DNA of 39,564 nucleotides from an uncultured Heliomicrobium sp. (GTDB lineage Bacteria; Acidobacteriota; Blastocatellia; RBC074): NCBI GenBank assembly GCA_964603695.1, contig CAZRXE010001330.1, positions 1 to 39,564 of the forward strand, read 5' to 3'. Shown piece by piece: positions 32,613 to 39,564 of this stretch (position 1 is its first letter; each line of letters starts with the position of its first letter). The notes under the pieces were generated by a model. It saw only the letters and a program-made list of their open reading frames with translations, ran no database searches and was not told where the DNA came from. The position numbers and the translations under genes were made by a program.

Positions 32613-35600
32613 AAAATCATAGACAAACAAAGGTTTTGGCCATTTCGCTCAGTTTGATACTGGGTATTGGCACATTGAGCTTCACCAACTGGGGCGCTCA
32701 GGTTGCAGCACAGGGGCGTGCCTTCGCCAGATGGATGGGATTGTCCAAAACGACTCCGCCTAAACTGGCAGATGTACTCAACGGGGACGGCACGTTGAAG
32801 CCAGGAACTCAGGGCAGTTTCGACACGAACGGCTACGGCCTGAAGATGACCGCGAGCGGTGCGCCGAGTTTTGTTCCCACAGCCATGCAAGCCGGTTGCA
32901 GCGACTGGGGCACCCAATTCGCTCTTCCCAATGGCATAGCCGGTAGTGGAGACATTGTGCAAGTAATGCTGGTAAGTGGCACGGATATTTATGTCGGCGG
33001 CTGGTTCACAGTTGCAGGGAACGTCGCCGCCAATTCCGTGGTGAAGTACAACACCAGCACCAATACCTGGAGCGCGTTGGGTTCAGGGAATGGCAACGGT
33101 GTGAACAACGCAGTTTACGCGCTGGCGTTGAGCGGAAGCGACCTGTATGTCGGTGGAAGTTTTACCATTGCCAATGTTGGCGGCACGACCGTCGCGGCGA
33201 ATCGTGTCGCTAAATTCAACATTTCCACCAACACCTGGAGCGCATTGGGTGCGGGCGGAGGCAACGGCGTGAACAACACGGTCAATGCGCTGGCGACCAA
33301 TGGAAGTGATCTTTACGTCGGCGGAAGTTTCACTACGACCAATGTAGGTGGAACGACCGTCGCCGCGAACCGGATCGCCAAATTCGACACGTCCACAAAT
33401 ACGTGGAGCGCATTGGGGACCGGCGGCGGCAATGGAGTAAACAACGGTGTCTCGGCGCTGTTGGTCAACAGCGGCAAGCTTTATTTGGGTGGCTCTTTTA
33501 CAACCGCCAATGTCGGCGGAACGACCGTCACCGCCAATTACATTATCAGGTTCGATGTTTCGACCAATGCCTGGGAAGCGATGGGGACTGGTGGCGGCAA
33601 TGGCGTAAGTACCAGCGTCTTCGCCATGGCGATCACCGGAAACGACCTATACGTCGGTGGGCAGTTCAGCACGGCCAATTTGGGCGGTACCACGGTATCT
33701 GTGTTTGGAATTGCAAAATACAACGTATTGACTGGAGCGTGGAGCGGCTTGCCTGGCCAGGGAGGGGGCGCTAGCGGAGGGGCGGTTCCTGTCTTCAGCC
33801 TGACGATCAACGGGAGCGATCTTTATGCAGGTGGTGTGTTTCTAAATGTGTTTACTGGTTCTACCACTCTCCGTACTAATAATGTGGCTAAGTATAGCAT
33901 CTCCACCAGCACCTGGAGCGCACTGGGAACCAGCGGCGGCGCAGGGATTTCCGGTATTTCCAATTCAGTAGTTTATTCCGTAGCAGTTGTTGGAAGCGAG
34001 GCTTATGTCGGTGGTGACTTTTCCAGCGCCAATGCAGGCGGTCCAACGGTAACAGCGCTGAATATCGCAAAATTCAATTCGGCCAGTGGCTGGAGTGCAT
34101 TGAGTACAAACGGACTTGGGATAATTGGTACTGTCTATGCGCTGGCGGCGAGCGGAACCGATCTTTACGTCGGCGGGGATTTTACCCAGGCAGGCAATCT
34201 CGCCGTCAACTACATTGCAAAATTCAACACCCTCACAAATACCTGGAGTACTCTGGGCACTGGGGGCGGCAATGGTGTTAATTACATTGTTCACGCGCTG
34301 ACATTGAATGGGAATGATCTTTATGTTGGCGGGGAGTTTTCCGCTGCCAACGTCGGAGGCACGACGGTTTCAGCGCTGCGAGTCGCAAAGTTCAATACTC
34401 TGACCAACACCTGGAGCGCCCTCGGTACAGGTGGTGGATATGGAGTGGGTGACCTTAGTACTGATACGTTTCCTGTAAAAGCTCTCGCAACGATTGGAAG
34501 CGATTTGTATGTCGCCGGGAGGTTCACAACCGCCAATTATGGCGGCACGACCGTCAGCGTAAATCACATTGCCAGATACAATCCCAGTAGCGGCTGGAGC
34601 GCGGTCGGTACGGGGGGCGGCAATGGAACAAATGGTAATGACCTTATTTCCTTGCTGGCAAACGGAAATGATCTTTATGTTGGTGGCAGTTTTGGTAGCG
34701 TCAACATCGGTGGCATAGAGGTCAACGCAAGAAATGTTGCCAAGTTTAATTCGGCCACAGGGTGGAGCGGGCTGATCGAATCAGGCGGGTCTGATGGCCC
34801 GACATTACAGGTTTACGCGCTGGCAGCGAACGGATCAGATATTTATGTTGGCGGTAACTTTCCACAACTAAACCTTGTCACGGGTCTGGTGAACAGGGTT
34901 GTTAAATTCAACACCGCCAACAACACGTGGAGCACGCTTGGCACGGGCGGCGGCAAAGGTGTGAATGGTGATGTCAATGCGCTTCTATCTGATGGAACGG
35001 ATGTTTACCTCGGCGGAGTATTCACAGCGGCCAATGTAGGAGGCACAACCGTTGGCGCAAACCGTGTTGTCAAATACGACACTTTGACCGGCAATTGGAG
35101 CGCGCTGGGAACAACCAGCAGCCATGGAGCGAATTCCAATGTCAATGCTCTGGCCATTATTGGCGGGAAGATATACGTCGGCGGAGCGTTTAACGTAGTC
35201 GGCAGCAATATCGCCTCTTCAGGCATTGCGCAATTTTGTCCGCCCCCGCCCCCGCCAACCATTACGCCCGCTTCGCCCCTCGCCCGAACGCAAGGCAGCG
35301 CGGCCAGCAATTCCACCATCGCCACGGTCAGCGACGGCAGCGCGGGCACATTGACCGTTCAAGCCACAACCATTCCCACTGGCATTACCGTTTCCAACAT
35401 CGTCAACACCGGCGGCACGGTAACGGCGAATGTCGCGGCCACGTGCGCAGCCCAGCTCGGAACCAACACTGTAGTCCTAACAGTGACGAACGATTCGACC
35501 GGGTTGACCAATACGGCAAATCTGGCTGTCAACGTCGCGGCTTCATCAGCCGATCATCTGGCCTTTGGCGTTCAGCCATCGGACGCGGTGTCGAATGCAA

Positions 35601-38600
35601 CCATCACGCCATCCGTGACCGTGCAAGTGCTGGATCAATGCAATGCGCTGGTCAATTCCACGGCCAGCATTTCCCTCGCCATCGGAACCAATCCCGGCGG
35701 CGGAAGTTTGACCGGCGGCAGCGCGACGACGGCGTTGGCGGGCACGGCGTCGTTCAATGGACTTTCGATCAACAAAGCCGGAACCGGCTACACCTTGATG
35801 GCCAGCAGCGCCGGACTGATCAGCGGAATTTCCAACCCTTTCAACATCACTTGCGTGACGAACCCGGTCGTCACCAACACCAACGACAGCGGCGCGGGTA
35901 GTTTGCGGCAGGCGATCATTGACGCCTGCGACGGCAGCGTCATCACCTTTGCCAACGGCGTCACCGGAACCATCACTCTGGCCGGCACGCTGACTTTCAG
36001 CAAAAGCCTGACCATTCAGGGGCCTGGTGCCGGCGCGCTTTTTCTGAGCGGCAATAACGCCGTCACGCTGCTGGACATCAGCACCGGCGACGTGGCCATT
36101 TCAGGCTTGACCTTGACCAACGGCAGAGGTGAAACGCCGGGCATATTCGACCGCAGCGCGGCCTCGCTCACGGTTACGGATTGCGTCTTCACTGCCAATA
36201 CTTCGGTCAAAGACGGCGGCGCGATCTTCAGTTTGTCCACCGGCAGCATCACCATTCGCAATACCACATTTGCCGGAAATTCGGCGACGGCAGGTAGCGG
36301 CGGCGCATTGTGGATCAGCGGTGCCGGCGCGGTACATATCGCCAACAGCACCTTCGTCAACAACTCCGCCACCAAAACCGGCGCGGCGGGACGGGGCGGC
36401 GCAATTTACAGCAGCAACACCACCGTCAATCTGGTCAATTGCACATTGGCCGGCAACAACAGCGACCAGGGCGGCGGCCTGTATCGGAATTCCGGCACGG
36501 TCAACGTCAAAAACACGCTGATTGCCTTGAACACAGCCACTACATCCGGGCCGGACTTGACCGGCGCGTTCGTGTCGCAGGGCTACAACTTGATCGGCAA
36601 AAGCGACGGCGGAACGGGCTTCACCCACGGCGTCAACAACGATCAAGTGGGCACAGTGGCCGCGCCGATTGATCCATTGCTGGAACTCGACGCGATGAAC
36701 AAGCCCTTCGCCAAAAACAACGGCGGAGCGACGCCGACCGTGGCGCTGTTGACCGGCAGCCCCGCGCTCGACAAAGGCAGCGCCGCCAACGATCCGGCCA
36801 ACGGCAATCCCATCGCCACGGATCAACGAGGCCAGACGCGCCCGTATGACAATCCGGCCATCGCCAACGCCGCAGGCGGCAACGGCAGCGACATCGGCGC
36901 GTTCGAGGCGCAAGCTCCGCCGAACACTCCGCCAACCATCAACGCCGTAGCGATCAACCGTCTACAAGGCAGCCCCTCGTCGAATTCGACCATCGCCACA
37001 GTCAGCGACGCCGATCAAGCCGCCAACACCCTGACCGTCACGATCAATAGCGGCGCATCGGCAACAGTCAACGGCGTCAGCGTCAGCAATCTCAACATAG
37101 ACGCTTCCGGCAACGTCACCGCCGACGTCGCCGCCGGTTGCACGGCCACTAACGCCGGCTTCACCTTGACCGTCACCGACAACGCCGCTACCACCAACAC
37201 GGCGACGCTGACCGTCAACGTCGCGGCCAACACCTCACCGAATGTGAGTTATCCGGCTTCGGTCAACCTCACGGCGGGCAGCGCGACGACGGTCAATGCG
37301 ACGATGGCAACAGACAACGGCTCGATCATGGGCTACCAGATCATCAGCGTCACTCCGGCGATGACTGTTGCGCCGACCGTCAATGCCGTCGGCACGGTTT
37401 CCATCAGCAACGCCGGGCCGTCGGGCAATCACGTCATCACCGTGCGGGCGACGGACAATTGCGGCGCGACGATGGATGCCGGCTTCACGCTCAACGTCGG
37501 CTGCCCGACCATCACCGTGACACCGCCCGCCGTGACGACCGGAGGCGTTGGCGTGGTGTTCAACCAGAGCTTCACGCAATCGGGCGGAGCCTTGCCGGTC
37601 GGCTTCTCGCTCAATTCAGGGGCGCTGCCCAACGGGTTGACGCTCGATTCCGGCGGGACGATTTCGGGCGCGCCCACGCAAGGCGGTGTCTTCTCGATCA
37701 CGGTCAACGTCACCGACGCCAACAACTGCACGGGGGCAAGTGCGGCTTATACGCTGACCATCAACGCTCCACCGACCGTCACGCCCGCAGCCGCGTCGGC
37801 GCAACAAGGAAGTCCGGACATCAACGGCGTCAGCCTGGGCACGGTCAACGACGATCTAACTGCGCCCAATTTGCTGGCGACGATGATCGTCAATAGTCCG
37901 GCGGGCGTCACGGTCAGCAATCTGGCTATTGCCGCCAACGGCGCGATCACTGCGACCATCGCGGCGGATTGCACGGCCACCGTGGGCGCAAACACAGTTA
38001 GCATCAAATTCACGGACGGCGGCGGCCTGTTCACCAACGCCAATTTCACCATCAACGTCGCGGTCAACACCGCACCGAATGTGACTTATCCGGCTTCGGT
38101 CAACCTCACGGCGGGCAGCGCGACGACGGTCAATGCGACGATGGCAACAGACAACGGCTCGATCATGGGCTACCAGATCATCAGCGTTACTCCGGCGATG
38201 ACTGTTGCGCCGACCGTCAATGTCAGCGGGGTGGTTTCCATCAGCAACGCCGGGCCGTCGGGCAATCACGTCTTCACCGTGCGAGCGACCGACAATTGCG
38301 GCGCGACGACTGATGCCAGCTTCACGCTCAATGTCGGATGTCCGACCATCACGCTTAGTCCGGCGAGCCTGCCCGGCGGAACTATCGGATCGAATTACTC
38401 CCAAACCCTCTCGGCAAACGGCGGTGCCTCCCCCAATTTTGCCGTCACCAGCGGTGGTCTGCCCGGTGGTCTATCGCTTTCCACCGCTGGTTTGCTGAGC
38501 GGATCGCCGACGGCGGTCGGCACGTTTACCTTCACCGTCACCGCGACGGATCAAAACAACTGCACTGGTTCGGCCAATTACACACTGACCATCGGGTGCC

Positions 38601-39564
38601 AGACGATCACGGTCACGCCGCCCGCCGTGGCCACTGGCGGAGTCGGCGTGGCCTTCAATCAGAGCTTCACGCAATCGGGCGGAGTCTTCCCCGTCGGCTT
38701 CACCATCAACACCGGCACTTTGCCGACCGGACTGACGCTCAATGCCAATGGCAGCTTGAGCGGCGCGCCGAATCAAGGCGGCACATTCACGATCACGGTC
38801 AACGTCACAGACGCGAACAATTGCACAGGCACGAGCGCGACTTACACGCTGGTCATCAACGCGCCGCCAACCGTCACGCCTGTGGCCGCGACGGTGCAAC
38901 AAGGCAGTCCTGCCGCGACGAACGTCAATCTGGGTACGGTCGCAGACGATCTGAGCGCGGCGAACACCCTGACGACGATGATTGTCAGCAGTCCGACGGG
39001 TGTGGCCGTGAGCAACCTCAGCCTCGCCGCCAACGGAGCGATCAGCGCGACAGTTGTCGCCGCTTGCAGTGCTGCCGTGGGCGCAAACACTGTCAGCATC
39101 AAGTTCACGGACGGCGGTGGTCTGTCAACGACGACTAGTTTCACCGTCAACATTGCGGCCAATTCTTCACCGACGGTGAGCTATTCTGCGACTGATCTGG
39201 CCTTGAACGCCGCAACCACCGTCACGCCGACGACGGCCACGGACAACGGCTCAATCACCGGTTATCAAATCGTCAGCGTCACGCCGCCTCTGACCACCGC
39301 GCCGACGGTCAATTCGGCGGGCGTCGTGACCATCAGCAACGCTTCGCCGTTCGGCGGTCACAGCATTGTCGTGCGCGCGACGGACGATTGCGGCGCGACA
39401 ACGGATGCCATGCTCACACTCAACGTCGGGTGCAGCGCGATCACGCTGCCTGCGATCATCAACGGGCTGACCTTTGTGCCTTACAGCTTCAGCTTCACGG
39501 CCACGGGCGGCGCTGGCCCGTACACTTTTGCCATGACTTCGGGCACGCTGCCGGCGGGCTTGAC
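32609..39564 (+). CDS. Giant secreted repeat protein, 3'-partial: signal peptide, about 14 propeller-like repeats, Pro linker, Ig-like domains, parallel beta-helix region, tandem Ig/cadherin-like modules
   Basis: This ORF is not in the supplied track because it has no stop inside the window. I translated it by hand from ATG 32609 (AAGGAG at 32595-32600) to the window end and found no in-frame stop (2,318 codons). The N-terminus is MKNHRQTKVLAISLSLILGIGTLSF. The repeat unit is DLYVGGSFT.ANVGGTTV.ANR.AKFNT.TNTWSALGTGGGNGVN. The linker is CPPPPPPTITP. The beta-helix start is VTNTNDSGAGSLRQAIIDA. Later repeats end in the Ig-like motifs G.LP.GL and TATD.NNCTG. Confidence 0.85.
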   Translation, partial: MKNHRQTKVLAISLSLILGIGTLSFTNWGAQVAAQGRAFARWMGLSKTTPPKLADVLNGDGTLKPGTQGSFDTNGYGLKMTASGAPSFVPTAMQAGCSDWGTQFALPNGIAGSGDIVQVMLVSGTDIYVGGWFTVAGNVAANSVVKYNTSTNTWSALGSGNGNGVNNAVYALALSGSDLYVGGSFTIANVGGTTVAANRVAKFNISTNTWSALGAGGGNGVNNTVNALATNGSDLYVGGSFTTTNVGGTTVAANRIAKFDTSTNTWSALGTGGGNGVNNGVSALLVNSGKLYLGGSFTTANVGGTTVTANYIIRFDVSTNAWEAMGTGGGNGVSTSVFAMAITGNDLYVGGQFSTANLGGTTVSVFGIAKYNVLTGAWSGLPGQGGGASGGAVPVFSLTINGSDLYAGGVFLNVFTGSTTLRTNNVAKYSISTSTWSALGTSGGAGISGISNSVVYSVAVVGSEAYVGGDFSSANAGGPTVTALNIAKFNSASGWSALSTNGLGIIGTVYALAASGTDLYVGGDFTQAGNLAVNYIAKFNTLTNTWSTLGTGGGNGVNYIVHALTLNGNDLYVGGEFSAANVGGTTVSALRVAKFNTLTNTWSALGTGGGYGVGDLSTDTFPVKALATIGSDLYVAGRFTTANYGGTTVSVNHIARYNPSSGWSAVGTGGGNGTNGNDLISLLANGNDLYVGGSFGSVNIGGIEVNARNVAKFNSATGWSGLIESGGSDGPTLQVYALAANGSDIYVGGNFPQLNLVTGLVNRVVKFNTANNTWSTLGTGGGKGVNGDVNALLSDGTDVYLGGVFTAANVGGTTVGANRVVKYDTLTGNWSALGTTSSHGANSNVNALAIIGGKIYVGGAFNVVGSNIASSGIAQFCPPPPPPTITPASPLARTQGSAASNSTIATVSDGSAGTLTVQATTIPTGITVSNIVNTGGTVTANVAATCAAQLGTNTVVLTVTNDSTGLTNTANLAVNVAASSADHLAFGVQPSDAVSNATITPSVTVQVLDQCNALVNSTASISLAIGTNPGGGSLTGGSATTALAGTASFNGLSINKAGTGYTLMASSAGLISGISNPFNITCVTNPVVTNTNDSGAGSLRQAIIDACDGSVITFANGVTGTITLAGTLTFSKSLTIQGPGAGALFLSGNNAVTLLDISTGDVAISGLTLTNGRGETPGIFDRSAASLTVTDCVFTANTSVKDGGAIFSLSTGSITIRNTTFAGNSATAGSGGALWISGAGAVHIANSTFVNNSATKTGAAGRGGAIYSSNTTVNLVNCTLAGNNSDQGGGLYRNSGTVNVKNTLIALNTATTSGPDLTGAFVSQGYNLIGKSDGGTGFTHGVNNDQVGTVAAPIDPLLELDAMNKPFAKNNGGATPTVALLTGSPALDKGSAANDPANGNPIATDQRGQTRPYDNPAIANAAGGNGSDIGAFEAQAPPNTPPTINAVAINRLQGSPSSNSTIATVSDADQAANTLTVTINSGASATVNGVSVSNLNIDASGNVTADVAAGCTATNAGFTLTVTDNAATTNTATLTVNVAANTSPNVSYPASVNLTAGSATTVNATMATDNGSIMGYQIISVTPAMTVAPTVNAVGTVSISNAGPSGNHVITVRATDNCGATMDAGFTLNVGCPTITVTPPAVTTGGVGVVFNQSFTQSGGALPVGFSLNSGALPNGLTLDSGGTISGAPTQGGVFSITVNVTDANNCTGASAAYTLTINAPPTVTPAAASAQQGSPDINGVSLGTVNDDLTAPNLLATMIVNSPAGVTVSNLAIAANGAITATIAADCTATVGANTVSIKFTDGGGLFTNANFTINVAVNTAPNVTYPASVNLTAGSATTVNATMATDNGSIMGYQIISVTPAMTVAPTVNVSGVVSISNAGPSGNHVFTVRATDNCGATTDASFTLNVGCPTITLSPASLPGGTIGSNYSQTLSANGGASPNFAVTSGGLPGGLSLSTAGLLSGSPTAVGTFTFTVTATDQNNCTGSANYTLTIGCQTITVTPPAVATGGVGVAFNQSFTQSGGVFPVGFTINTGTLPTGLTLNANGSLSGAPNQGGTFTITVNVTDANNCTGTSATYTLVINAPPTVTPVAATVQQGSPAATNVNLGTVADDLSAANTLTTMIVSSPTGVAVSNLSLAANGAISATVVAACSAAVGANTVSIKFTDGGGLSTTTSFTVNIAANSSPTVSYSATDLALNAATTVTPTTATDNGSITGYQIVSVTPPLTTAPTVNSAGVVTISNASPFGGHSIVVRATDDCGATTDAMLTLNVGCSAITLPAIINGLTFVPYSFSFTATGGAGPYTFAMTSGTLPAGL
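37236..39167 (+). repeat. Tandem intragenic modules of 837 bp and 1095 bp within the giant gene
   Basis: CACCGAATGTGA.TTATCCGGCTTCGGTCAACCTCACGG... at 37236 recurs at 38073 and, more diverged, at 39168. The first roughly 290 bp of units 1 and 2 are nearly identical by eye. Unit 2 carries an extra 258-bp (86-aa) Ig-like insert. Confidence 0.8.

Noticed and set aside
33115-39162. Many 60-270-aa ORFs on both strands in the track (e.g. 33538..33810 -, 35236..35901 +, 36101..36913 -, 37856..38404 -, 38596..39138 +)
   Set aside because: All are out of frame or antisense to the single uninterrupted frame starting at 32609, whose translation gives coherent repeat and domain sequences. The repeated look of these ORFs only mirrors the true gene's repeats.

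Overview
About 39.6 kb of bacterial chromosome, probably from an Acidobacteria-like organism, because the PadR regulator plus ADOP-type duplicated FtsX permease pair is typical of that phylum. There are four blocks. (i) 1-11.2 kb is a tightly packed, same-strand RiPP biosynthetic cluster. It encodes an NHLP-leader precursor with a Cys/Ser/Thr-rich C-terminal core, a fused E1-like/YcaO cyclodehydratase and a SagB-type dehydrogenase. It also encodes a LanM-like (class II lanthipeptide synthetase-like) protein whose cyclase domain appears to lack the canonical Zn-ligand cysteines, an orphan 183-aa protein and an S8 subtilisin-like protease. This hybrid azole/dehydroamino-acid cluster is my best candidate for the undescribed system. 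(ii) 11.2-20.5 kb starts with a patch that looks more A+T-rich by eye. The patch holds an internally deleted ISL3-type element, a DUF2975/HTH pair, a beta-lactamase-family serine hydrolase and a decayed ADOP permease paralogue. An intact ADOP-PadR operon and a PQQ-type sugar dehydrogenase follow. (iii) 20.6-31.7 kb is a signalling island. It has an FHA-GAF-sigma54 activator, a four-unit palindromic repeat array and two small secreted proteins. It also has an operon of an apparently exported 14xWD40-caspase, a Ser/Thr kinase with DUF4384 and a DUF4384 protein, bounded by an IS110 relic. (iv) From 32.2 kb to the window end, a receiver-only response regulator is translationally coupled (ATGA) to a secreted repeat protein of more than 2,318 aa. 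That ORF runs off the window and is absent from the supplied ORF track. I recognised no rRNA, tRNA or CRISPR array. All family assignments come from motif recognition by eye, and no searches were run.
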